From Gemmatimonadota bacterium (lineage in GTDB: Bacteria; Gemmatimonadota; Gemmatimonadetes; Longimicrobiales; Gaopeijiaceae): 64,000 bases of DNA. Shown piece by piece: positions 36,883 to 46,059 of this stretch. The first letter of the stretch is position 1. Every line of letters begins with the position of its first letter. Made by a program: the position numbers and the translations under genes. The notes under the pieces were generated by a model. The model was not told the origin of the DNA and ran no database searches. It was given only the letters and a program-made list of their open reading frames with translations. The stretch spans positions 55,618 through 119,617 of the forward strand of contig JBDHHQ010000017.1 of the NCBI GenBank assembly GCA_039589315.1, in the 5' to 3' direction.

Positions 36883-38841
36883 TCAGGCGGCGACCCGGGC
36901 AATGAGCTCGGAGAACAGGCGTCGGAAGTTGTCGTGCTCGGCATCGCTGGTGGCGACCTCACCCCGCGACCAGGCGATCACCAGGGCGCCGATGACCGAC
37001 GGCACCGCAGAGAGACCGATCTGGTTGCCCAATTCCTTCTCGGCCCGCACCAGTCCCGCGGTAATGAGCGCCTGGAGCTCGGAGGGGAAGTGGGCCACCG
37101 AGTGGTTCTCCAGAGCGGCCCGACCGCTCGTGCCGAGGGCGGTGATCGTCTCCTCGATCACGCGGGTGAGCATGGCGCCGGACAACAGCCGGCCACCGTC
37201 CTCGCCCACGGCACCGATCACGGCGTCGGTCGCCCAGCCAACGAGCCGCTTCTCTCCGTCGATCAGCAGGGCCGGATTCTCGGAGACAGTGGTCGTGACC
37301 ACGCGGAGCAGCTCGGAGCCCTGCGTCCGTGTCAGGCCTCTCGCCTTCACCAGCGCACCGACCTTGCCGGCGAGGGACGCGATCAGGTCCGTGTACCGGA
37401 ACTCGATGAGCTCGGGGTGCTCACCGAGCGCGGAAAGGGCACCGCCGACTGCTGCGGTGGCCAGCTCCTCCGCTGCCAGCGCTTCGGTTTCGGCGAGAGC
37501 CGTGAGCACGCCTCTCAGGAGCTCGCGGCCGAGCTCGGACCGATCGACGATCAGCTCCGGATGCTGTGCGAACGCGGTGAGGGCGTCCTTCCACAACGCC
37601 TCGAGTCCCTTCTTCGAGAAGGACTTGCGCAGGCCCTCATTGGCCACGGTGGACGTGACGGAGCCGATCAGCCCGCCCAGCCACGCCGGGTCGACCACGT
37701 CGTCCACGAGGTCCGGATTCGCGGCTATTGCTCCGATGGCAGCGTCCACGATGCCATACAGCACGTCGCCCGAGAGGAGCTTGCTGTTGGGCCGGGTGGA
37801 CAGGTCACGGGCCACGGCCGCGAGTACTTCGGTGAGCAGAGGCGACTCTCCGCGCATCAACGCCGGACCGTTGCGCTCCAGGGCGCCCAGACCTGCCCGG
37901 AGCAGGTCGCCCCAGTGATCCTCGAAGAACCCACGGAAGCTGGGACGGTTCGAGACAACGCCCACGACCTCCCGTAGGAAGTCGGCGGCAACGTCCTTGA
38001 AGTCCTGCGCCTCGTCATCGTCGAGCCGGTCCGCCGCGGCTTCGAGCAGGCTCCCCACCAGGCGGGGGTATCCCTCGCCCTGGAGCAGGCCGAGCACGAA
38101 GTCCCCCTGCTGTCCCTCCGGCATGGCCGCCCGGGCGGCGACGATGGCGTCCAGGAGGGACTCGACCCAGGCTTCGCCCGTCCGGACGAAGGCCCGGGCG
38201 TCGAGGACTCCGTCCAGCGTGGCGGCAAGCGCGACGCGCAGGAGGTCCCCCGTGCTGTCCAGCCTCTGCAGGTCCGCTTCGCCGAAGCGGGCGAGAACGG
38301 CCGCTACGATGCCCTGGGTGCTCTCGTCCCGGACGAACAGAGCGGCGTTCTCGGCTCCGAACTCTGCGACCACGTCGGCCACGGTGAGGGCGAGCCGCCA
38401 CGTATAGCTCTTTTCCCGAAAGTCCCTGCCGGCCCCGACGAAGAACGCCGCCACCCGCAGATCCGGGTCGGAGGCCCAATCCGGATGGAGCGCCGCCACG
38501 AACTCGCTGTTCAAGCTGATGACGGGGCCGTAGGCCTGCTCGGGAAGGTGGCGTTCCATGAAGTCGAAGAGGCGCGAAGCGTCGTTGTCCACGGCGTCGC
38601 GAATGTCGGCACGATCCGGGTCCAGGGGGTCCGGATCGTCGTCCTTCGTGTCCTCGAGGAGCTCTCTGAGGGCCGACCGCATCTGGGGGAGCGTCGGCGT
38701 CCGCCGGATGTCCGGCAGCGGTATGGCAAGGGGCGCCTCGGTGGCCTCTTTCTCGGCCAGAACCTGGTCGACGCGTCTCTGGATCTTGAGCAGGCCTTTG
38801 GCCGCGTTGATGATCAGGCCGGCCGCTTCGGAAGTGAGCAT
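36883..38841 (-). CDS. Hypothetical 652-aa alpha-helical repeat protein
   Basis: Long ORF with GGAG RBS; amphipathic helices with recurring (N/H)P(D/E/A)L turns; no signal peptide. Confidence 0.8.
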   Translation of the reverse strand: MLTSEAAGLIINAAKGLLKIQRRVDQVLAEKEATEAPLAIPLPDIRRTPTLPQMRSALRELLEDTKDDDPDPLDPDRADIRDAVDNDASRLFDFMERHLPEQAYGPVISLNSEFVAALHPDWASDPDLRVAAFFVGAGRDFREKSYTWRLALTVADVVAEFGAENAALFVRDESTQGIVAAVLARFGEADLQRLDSTGDLLRVALAATLDGVLDARAFVRTGEAWVESLLDAIVAARAAMPEGQQGDFVLGLLQGEGYPRLVGSLLEAAADRLDDDEAQDFKDVAADFLREVVGVVSNRPSFRGFFEDHWGDLLRAGLGALERNGPALMRGESPLLTEVLAAVARDLSTRPNSKLLSGDVLYGIVDAAIGAIAANPDLVDDVVDPAWLGGLIGSVTSTVANEGLRKSFSKKGLEALWKDALTAFAQHPELIVDRSELGRELLRGVLTALAETEALAAEELATAAVGGALSALGEHPELIEFRYTDLIASLAGKVGALVKARGLTRTQGSELLRVVTTTVSENPALLIDGEKRLVGWATDAVIGAVGEDGGRLLSGAMLTRVIEETITALGTSGRAALENHSVAHFPSELQALITAGLVRAEKELGNQIGLSAVPSVIGALVIAWSRGEVATSDAEHDNFRRLFSELIARVAA

Positions 38842-39078
38842 GGGGAGTCTCCCGTGGAGGGGGCGTCGAGGGTTGCCAACCGGCCCTGGGCCCGGCGGAT
38901 GTGTCGCGGAGCACCTATGCCGCCGAAGCCACCCCGTCTCGCGGCGGCGGTGAGCGCCGCGGGACGGCAGGGGAATACCGGTGCCGCGCTCGCATTGGCG
39001 ACGTGAAGACGTAGAAGCGGTAGCGGTGGGGGGGGAGCTTAGCTAACCACCGGGCCTCCGCGGTGTCAAGGATTCGGA

Positions 39079-40425
39079 TCAGGCGCCGGGCCACCGGCTC
39101 CTCCGATCACCGGGCCAGAAATAGGCCAGCAGAGCCAGGCCCGCGACTGCCGCCAGCACGGGCCAGAGCCCGAACCCTTGAAGGAAGAGAGGGATGGTGG
39201 CCGTCACCAGCCCGCCACCCAGCAGCGGGGAGAAGATCATCTGCTTCGCGGCGAACGCCTGGGCAGCTGGCGTGCGGGTCTGCGGATCGACCACCCGCAA
39301 CAGCATCAGACCCACCGCGGTCACTCCCGTGAGCATGCCGAAGTCCGTGATCGCCTGCTCGAACCAGTACGAGGGGATCATTCTGGGAGCCAGCACCAGG
39401 AAGGCGAAGGCCACCCACAGGATCCCGGCGATCATCAGGATCGAGAACGGCACGAGGTTCTGCAGGAACAGATCCAGCCGGAGCGAGGCGATTGCGGCCA
39501 CGACCAGCACCTCCAGGGAGAGCCCGAGGATGCGCTCGAAGGTGGCTCGGTCGAAGTAGGAGGAAGCCCCGATGCGTTCGGCCGAGAGCTGAACCAGCAT
39601 CCCACCGATCATCGCGAGAGGAAAGAGCGGGAAGCCGGCCAGCGTGGGGTGGATAGCTCGGACACCGCGCAGCATCACCCACCCGATCAGCACAGCCAGG
39701 CTGGTGATGGCCACGTGAAACGTGAACGAGTCCATCACACTGGCCGTGATGGTGCCCGTGGCGACCGATGTCCGGCGCTCCGGCGGCACGAGTCCTCGTG
39801 AAGCCGGGCTGTGGGATGATCCCGCATCGTCCGCCGTGTCCATGGACAGCTGCGTCAGCTGCCCGCGGCGCACCCCGTGCTGGACCAGGGCCATCCCACC
39901 CACGACCGCCACGACGATGCCGACGGTGGCAGACATCTGGCCGAGCGCGCCGCCGGCATCGAAGCCGAGATCCACGAAGACGGGGGTCATGGCGGCCGCG
40001 GTCCCGTGTCCCCCCGCGAAGCCCACCTCCAGAATGCAGGCGAAGAGCTCCGGCGTGCCGAACAGGGGTGCCAGCACGCCCGCGGTGATCAGGAACGCGA
40101 CGACATACTGGCCGAGAGCGGTCACGGTGCCGAAGCGGAACAAGGGCCCGCTGAGTCGGACCAGCGTCGCGGCAGGCGGTATGGTCACCCCCAGGAAGAG
40201 GGCGGCGAACACGAAGTTGATCAGGATGCCCGGCAGGGACGCCCAGATGGCCACGGTCTCGGGCGGCACCCAGTCCAGCATGTACGGACCCAGGACCAGC
40301 CCGACGAAACCGCCGATGACCGGAACGGGCAGGAACAGTCTACGGAGGATGCGCGACCGGGTCCGCAGGACCAGGCCCACCAGGAGAAGGAGGCCCAGCC
40401 CCCCCAGCGCCACCACGAAACTCAA
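39079..40425 (-). CDS. Sodium/glutamate symporter (GltS family)
   Basis: LFLPVPVIGG, GFAGGHGTAA, FPLFPLAMIGG and FGMLTGVTAVGLMLLRVVDP motifs; many TM helices; TTG start. Confidence 0.85.
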   Translation of the reverse strand: MSFVVALGGLGLLLLVGLVLRTRSRILRRLFLPVPVIGGFVGLVLGPYMLDWVPPETVAIWASLPGILINFVFAALFLGVTIPPAATLVRLSGPLFRFGTVTALGQYVVAFLITAGVLAPLFGTPELFACILEVGFAGGHGTAAAMTPVFVDLGFDAGGALGQMSATVGIVVAVVGGMALVQHGVRRGQLTQLSMDTADDAGSSHSPASRGLVPPERRTSVATGTITASVMDSFTFHVAITSLAVLIGWVMLRGVRAIHPTLAGFPLFPLAMIGGMLVQLSAERIGASSYFDRATFERILGLSLEVLVVAAIASLRLDLFLQNLVPFSILMIAGILWVAFAFLVLAPRMIPSYWFEQAITDFGMLTGVTAVGLMLLRVVDPQTRTPAAQAFAAKQMIFSPLLGGGLVTATIPLFLQGFGLWPVLAAVAGLALLAYFWPGDRRSRWPGA

Positions 40426-40648
40426 GGAGCCCGCTCGCCCGCTGAGGCCCGGACTCTCAACGGGCCGGTGATCGGTTGTTCTTCGTCAATACCCGTGCCA
40501 GGTTCGGGTCTTCCTCATGGACGGGCCTCGCCGGGCACCGGAACGACAACGGTCTCCCGGGGCACCACACTAGACGGCAACGCGTGCTCCGGGCCAGGGC
40601 GAGGCCTGACTGGCCCGCCGGCGCCGGGAAGCGCTCGAGCACCGATCC

Positions 40649-41803
40649 ATGACTCAACCGACCCCCGAATACGTCGTCATCGGCGCCGGCATCTACGGTG
40701 CGGCCACCGCTTGGGAGCTGGCCAGACGGGGACACCAGGTGACCGTGCTGGAGGCGCGGCGGGTGGCGGCAGGAGCCTCCGGTGGCCTGGGGTGGCGTGG
40801 CGTGCGGGCCAACGGTCGAGATCCGCGGGAGCTGCCGCTGATGCGGGAGGCGTACACGCGGTGGCCCGCGCTGGCAGCGGAGCTCGGCGCGGCCGTGCCA
40901 TACGAGCGGACCGGCCACCTCCTCCTGTACGAGCGCGACCGGGACCTCGCGTCGGCCGAGTCGCGGGCGTGGGCGCAGGAGGGGCTGGGGATCCCCACGC
41001 GGGTCCTCGACGGGGCGGCGGTACGGCGCATCGAGCCCGGGCTCGCCGAAGGTGTGATTGGAGCGCTGCACTGCCCCCTGGACGGCGTCGCGGACCACGG
41101 TGCCACCACGTTGGCCTACGCGAACGCGGCCCGGAAGCTCGGGGCCCAGGTCCACGAAGATGCGCCGGTCGCGGAGCTGTCGACCGAGGGGGGCCGCGTG
41201 GCGGCCGTCGTGCTGGACGACGGCTCCCGGGTCCGGGTCGGGCGAGGGCTCCTGCTGCTGGCGAACGCGGGGGCGTCGGAGCTGCTCGGTCGTAGCCTGG
41301 GCGTGCGACTGCCCGTCTGGCCGGTGTTCCCTCAGGTGTTGATCAGTAGCCCGAGCGCTCGGGCGCCGTTCGTGTCTCTGATCGGCCACGCCCACCGGCC
41401 GCTGGCTCTCAAGATGCTCCCGGACGGGTCGGTGATGGCCTCCGGGGGTTGGCGGGGCCGTTGGAACGCGGAGCTCGGCTGCGGGGCTCCCGTTCCCGAG
41501 CGCGTGACGGGCAACTGGGCCGAGGCCGTGGCGGTGTTCCCGGAGCTGGCGACGCTGAAGGTCGTGGACGCCAGGGCCGATCGCGGTGAGGCCGCGAGCG
41601 TGGACGGAATCCCCATCATCGACCGGGTGCCGGGAGTGGACAACGCCATCGTAGCGGTGGGGTGGACCGGGCACGGTTGGGCCATCGCGCCCGCCGTCGC
41701 TCCGCTGCTCGCCGCATGGGCGGCCGATGGGCAGCGACCGGAGCTCCTGCGGCCCTTCGCGCTCGGCCGCTTTGCGCTACCCGGCTCAGCGGGAGCGGAC
41801 TGA
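40649..41803 (+). CDS. FAD-dependent oxidoreductase (DAO / sarcosine oxidase beta family)
   Basis: VIGAGIYG, GASG, DG.PII and GWTGHGW motifs. Confidence 0.88.
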   Translation: MTQPTPEYVVIGAGIYGAATAWELARRGHQVTVLEARRVAAGASGGLGWRGVRANGRDPRELPLMREAYTRWPALAAELGAAVPYERTGHLLLYERDRDLASAESRAWAQEGLGIPTRVLDGAAVRRIEPGLAEGVIGALHCPLDGVADHGATTLAYANAARKLGAQVHEDAPVAELSTEGGRVAAVVLDDGSRVRVGRGLLLLANAGASELLGRSLGVRLPVWPVFPQVLISSPSARAPFVSLIGHAHRPLALKMLPDGSVMASGGWRGRWNAELGCGAPVPERVTGNWAEAVAVFPELATLKVVDARADRGEAASVDGIPIIDRVPGVDNAIVAVGWTGHGWAIAPAVAPLLAAWAADGQRPELLRPFALGRFALPGSAGAD

Positions 41804-41901
41804 GCCTACCGTCCGGTCGGGACGCACCCGATTCGTTCCGGACGCTCCCGACCCGTTCGTGGCCCGTAGACCGAGTGGGCAGGGCCAGAAGGGCGCGGGG
41901 G

Positions 41902-42576
41902 CTAGGGGGCGGACGCAGGGGCCTCGTTCACCTCGTCGGGCGGGCAGGGGGCGTTGCTGTAGCCGGAGCGGAACGCCGAGACGGTGCCCGCGTCGGGATC
42001 GAACCGGTGGCGCCACACGCACGCGGCATCGTTGGCCAGCAGGTGGATGGACACCGAAGCCGAATCCGACACCGTGGTGACGAGATGGATGTCGTCTTTT
42101 GGGGGAAGAAGCGTGTAGAACTCGCCCGCCTTCACGTTCAGCTGCTTCGCAACGCCGAGATCGGCCCGTTCGTCGCTTGCCCCGTCGTCGAAGCGTTCGT
42201 AGATCGTCTCGGCCTGCTCGCCGCGGTACACACCGATGAGCCCCCACGCCAGGTGGTCGTGAACGGGCGTCGAGGCGCCGGCCGGCACCACGAGGGAGAA
42301 CAGGCACAGGGTGCCGTCTTCGGCCCGATACAGGGCGTACTGACCGATGCCGCCTCCCATGCCGCTGCCATGATCCGGCTGGCCGTACTCCTCCGGCAAC
42401 CAGCCGTCCGCCGCCAATAGCCTCGCGAACGTAGGCCGGAGCGCGTCGACCCGCTCCGCGTCGCTGGCGATCTCCGCCATCAGTCGCCGGGTCTCCCCGA
42501 TCAGGGCGCGAATCTCCGGGGTGTCCACGATGAACCCGAAGCGGCCTTCGTCATCGGCATTGCTGAAGTCACACAC
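41902..42576 (-). CDS. Cysteine dioxygenase-like cupin (thiol dioxygenase family)
   Basis: TPVHDH.AWGLIG, DDIH.V and SVSIH motifs; GGAGG RBS before the GTG at 42576. Confidence 0.82.
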   Translation of the reverse strand: MCDFSNADDEGRFGFIVDTPEIRALIGETRRLMAEIASDAERVDALRPTFARLLAADGWLPEEYGQPDHGSGMGGGIGQYALYRAEDGTLCLFSLVVPAGASTPVHDHLAWGLIGVYRGEQAETIYERFDDGASDERADLGVAKQLNVKAGEFYTLLPPKDDIHLVTTVSDSASVSIHLLANDAACVWRHRFDPDAGTVSAFRSGYSNAPCPPDEVNEAPASAP

Positions 42577-42768
42577 TGAACGTCCTCCAAGCGACCCACC
42601 CCGGGAATGCCTCTCCGGGGTCGGATGATCGGGTAGTGGGTCCCCCACGATGCCGAGTGACCGCCACGGTCCGCAAGTCGGCCTTCTCGGGCTTTCACCC
42701 CTGCGGCCTCGAGGCCACGTTACGGGGCAAGGAGCGCGGGCGTGGTGCTTCAAGATGTAGATTGTTAG

Positions 42769-42782
42769 TTTAGTTAACTAAA
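42769..42782. promoter_or_regulatory. Perfect 14-bp AT-rich palindrome, candidate operator
   Basis: TTTAGTTAACTAAA in an AT-rich patch between the divergent cupin and padR genes. Confidence 0.55.
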
Positions 42783-42894
42783 TACGGCTAACAAAGGCGA
42801 GCGGACGGCGGGATCCCGGTGTGGCGGCCCTCGAAGCACCGCGCCGGTGTCGTCCGATCGACCGCTCGCGATCCCTCCGGAGATCGGTCGGTCC

Positions 42895-43221
42895 ATGGCG
42901 CGCAAATCCCTCGGCGACATCGAGCAGCTCGTTCTCCTGTCCATCCTGCGGCTCGGCAACGAGACGTACGGGGTGCCCATCGTAGAGGAGATCGAGAGCT
43001 GCGCGGGCAGGAGCGTGCCCCGAGCGGCGGTCTACATCGCGCTCCGGAGGTTGCGCCAGAAAGGGCTGGTTTCGTCCTGGATGTCCGAGCCCGATCCGGT
43101 ACCAGGCGGCAAGGCCAAGCGCTTCTTCAAGGTGGAGCCCGAGGGCATCGAGAAGCTCGCCGAGCAGCGGAGCGCGCTCTTGAGCATGTGGGAAGGGCTG
43201 CAGCCGACGTTGGACCGGTGA
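42895..43221 (+). CDS. PadR family transcriptional regulator
   Basis: LGDIEQLVLL, YGVPI, AVYIALRRL..KGLV and GGKAKRFF motifs. Confidence 0.9.
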   Translation: MARKSLGDIEQLVLLSILRLGNETYGVPIVEEIESCAGRSVPRAAVYIALRRLRQKGLVSSWMSEPDPVPGGKAKRFFKVEPEGIEKLAEQRSALLSMWEGLQPTLDR

Positions 43222-43276
43222 CAGCCGCATCCCGAGCCGGCCTGGGCAGAGATACGCACCGAGCGGGGAGCGAAGG

Positions 43277-45994
43277 GTGATGAGAGGCCCCCCGCCGGCG
43301 CGGTGGTTGTTGGAACGCGTCCTGCCGCCCGACGAACGGGTGGGGGTGGTCAACGAGTTGGACGAGGCCATGGATGCGGCCTTCCCGGAAGGGGGATGGC
43401 GAGCCGGCCTCTGGTACTGGGGCCAGGCGACGAGCTTCGCGCTGGGATTCGCAGTTGAGCGGTTGCGGGAACGTGCGGCGGGACCGGGATCTCCCGGGAG
43501 CCGACACGAGGAGCGTGAGGGGCGGCCTTCCGTGCGGAGGCCCAGACGACGGGAGGGGTGGATGGCGGGCTTGAGAAGAGACCTGGTCTTCGCCGTGCGG
43601 ACGTTGTTGAAGCGGCCCGCCTTCACGGCGGCCGTGGTCGCCACCCTGGCCCTGGGGATCGGGCCAAACACCGCCATCTTCAGCGTGGTCAACGGTGTGC
43701 TACTGCGTCCACTCCCCTACGCGAGCCCCGAGAGCCTGGCCCTGGTGCGGATCGATCTGAGCGGGCTGGAGCAACACCCAGGGATCGCCCAGGCCGAAGT
43801 GCTGGACTTCCGAGCACGCGCCGAGCTCTTGGAGGACGTCGGGGCGGTATCACGGGAGTTCACCGCCAGCCTCACCGCCGAGGGCCGGATGGAGGCGGTG
43901 CTGGCGGCCAACGTGACTCCCAACCTCTTCCCGATGCTGGGCGTGAGTCCGAGCCTCGGCAGGAGCTTCACCGCCGAGGAGGAGGTGCCGGATGGCCCCC
44001 GGGTCGCGCTCATCAGCCACGGGCTCTGGGAGCGACGCTTCGGGGGTGCACCGGACGTTGTCGGTCAGGACCTCGAGATGAACGGCACCCGGGTCCCCAT
44101 CGTCGGCGTCATGCCGGAAGGCTTCCAACTCCTCCTGGGTCCCGGGACCAGTCTGTCTCCGAACATCGACCTCTGGCTGCCCATGCAGCTGGACCCGGAG
44201 TTCCGCGACTTCTGGGCGTTCCGGGCCATAGCCCGCGTCGAGGACGGAGCCACCATCGCCCAGGCCGAAGCCGAGATCCAGTCCATCGGTGCCCGCCTCG
44301 TGGAGGAGTACCCGGACGAGTACGCGAACTCGGACATCAGGTTCTACCTGCATCCACTGCACAGCGATCTCGTGCAGAGTGCCCGGCCGGCCATCTTGAC
44401 GCTGCTCGGCGCGGTGACGCTGGTGCTCCTCATCGCGTGCACGAACGCCGCGGGCCTGCTGGTGGCGCGGATGAAGGCGCGGGAAAAGGAAATCGCGGTA
44501 CGCGCCGCGCTCGGGGCCGGGCGAAGCCGCATCGTTCGCGAGGTGCTGCTGGAGAGCCTGGTGTTGGCGTTCGTGGCGGGGGCCGCCGGCCTGGGACTGG
44601 GGTGGCTCGGTCTGGAGACGCTGCTGGCTTTCCAGCCGGGCAGCCTGCCCCGGGTGGACGACATCGTCCTGGACCGGCAGGTGCTGCTCTTCACCCTGGG
44701 AGCCGCCTCGCTCGCCGCGTTCCTGTTCGGGATGATCCCCGCGTGGCAGGCGTCGAAGGCGGACGTCCAGTCCGCGCTGAGAGAGGGGGGGCGCAGGGGG
44801 AGCGGAGGCGTGCGCGTCCGCACACGGAACGCGCTGGTCGTGGCCCAGGTGGCCTTCTCGGTGATGCTCCTGATCGGAGCGGGCCTGTTGATCCGCACCT
44901 TCAACGAGCTACGGCAGGTGGACCTGGGCTTCGATCCCGAGCATGTGGTCACCCTACGAGCACCACTGAACGGTGGCGAGCTGGAGCCCGAAGAGCGCTG
45001 GGGCATCTACAAGCAGCTCCTGGACGAGGTCCGGACCCTGCCCAACGTCGCGGCCGCGGGTGGCACGTCCATCATCCCCTTGAGCAACCAGGGCATGATG
45101 GCTTCCTACTCCACCGACGGCTCCCTGGACACGAACTGGAACGGCTCTTCGGCCGACTACCGGTGGGTCTTCCCGGGCTACTTCGCCACCATGGGCGTCG
45201 AGCTCGTCGCCGGCCGCACGTTCGACGCCGGCGACAACGACGAGCTCGTGGGTCGGGTGATCGTCGACGAGACGTTGGCCTGGCAGGCCTGGCCGAATGG
45301 AGACGCCATCGGCCAGCACTTCACCATCGGGATGGGCTCGGCGTTGGACACGACGCTGGTCGAGGTCGTGGGTGTGGTGTCCCACAGCCGGATCCTCGAC
45401 GTGCGCCGGGAGGTTCGGCCGCAGATCTACCTGCCCTACCGCACGGGACCCGGTGGGAACATGTGGCTGACGGTCAGGGCCGAGGGCGACGCCTCTCAGG
45501 TCGTAGCGTCCGTGCGCCGCGTCGCCGAGGCCGTGGGGACGGGCCGACCCGTCCACTCCGTGCGGTCAATGGAGTCGTATGTGGAGGAGGCCATGGCGGG
45601 CACCCGTTTCACCCTGCTCCTCATGGGCACCCTGGCGGGCATCGCGTTGCTCCTATCCGGCGTCGGCATCTACAGCGTCATCGCCTATCTGGTGCGCGAG
45701 CGGGCACACGACACCGGTGTCCGCCTGGCCCTGGGTGCGCAGCGGGTGGACATCATCCGCATGAACGTGAAGGAGGGGTTGGCCATGGCCGCGTTGGGCG
45801 TTCCGCTCGGCCTTGGCGGCGCCGTGGGTCTGAGCCGCTTCCTGGAAAGCCAGCTCTTCGGCGTGGACGCTACGGATCCTGTGACCTACGTCGGGATCCC
45901 GCTGGTCCTGGTGGCACTCGCCATCCTGGCCTCCTACATACCCGCGTCCCAGGCCAGCAAGCTGGATCCGGCGACAGCCCTCAGGGACGCCTGA
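43277..45994 (+). CDS. Duplicated orphan ABC permease (ADOP; 2x MacB-PCD/FtsX)
   Basis: DL.FA.R.L.K.P.F, LALGIG.NTAIFSVVNGVLLRPLPY, REKEIAVRAALGAGR, LVVAQVA.S and ASYIPA..A..LDP motifs; follows padR. Confidence 0.92.
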   Translation: MMRGPPPARWLLERVLPPDERVGVVNELDEAMDAAFPEGGWRAGLWYWGQATSFALGFAVERLRERAAGPGSPGSRHEEREGRPSVRRPRRREGWMAGLRRDLVFAVRTLLKRPAFTAAVVATLALGIGPNTAIFSVVNGVLLRPLPYASPESLALVRIDLSGLEQHPGIAQAEVLDFRARAELLEDVGAVSREFTASLTAEGRMEAVLAANVTPNLFPMLGVSPSLGRSFTAEEEVPDGPRVALISHGLWERRFGGAPDVVGQDLEMNGTRVPIVGVMPEGFQLLLGPGTSLSPNIDLWLPMQLDPEFRDFWAFRAIARVEDGATIAQAEAEIQSIGARLVEEYPDEYANSDIRFYLHPLHSDLVQSARPAILTLLGAVTLVLLIACTNAAGLLVARMKAREKEIAVRAALGAGRSRIVREVLLESLVLAFVAGAAGLGLGWLGLETLLAFQPGSLPRVDDIVLDRQVLLFTLGAASLAAFLFGMIPAWQASKADVQSALREGGRRGSGGVRVRTRNALVVAQVAFSVMLLIGAGLLIRTFNELRQVDLGFDPEHVVTLRAPLNGGELEPEERWGIYKQLLDEVRTLPNVAAAGGTSIIPLSNQGMMASYSTDGSLDTNWNGSSADYRWVFPGYFATMGVELVAGRTFDAGDNDELVGRVIVDETLAWQAWPNGDAIGQHFTIGMGSALDTTLVEVVGVVSHSRILDVRREVRPQIYLPYRTGPGGNMWLTVRAEGDASQVVASVRRVAEAVGTGRPVHSVRSMESYVEEAMAGTRFTLLLMGTLAGIALLLSGVGIYSVIAYLVRERAHDTGVRLALGAQRVDIIRMNVKEGLAMAALGVPLGLGGAVGLSRFLESQLFGVDATDPVTYVGIPLVLVALAILASYIPASQASKLDPATALRDA

Positions 45995-46059
45995 GGAGCG
46001 CGCGCGTTCGGTCGGCCGGCAGAGGTCGGTGGCTTCGGGGGCGGGCGGGCCCTCGAGGG

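Noticed and set aside
41802..41860. Degenerate ~20-bp tandem duplication between convergent genes
   Set aside because: Only two clear copies with several mismatches; too weak to call.
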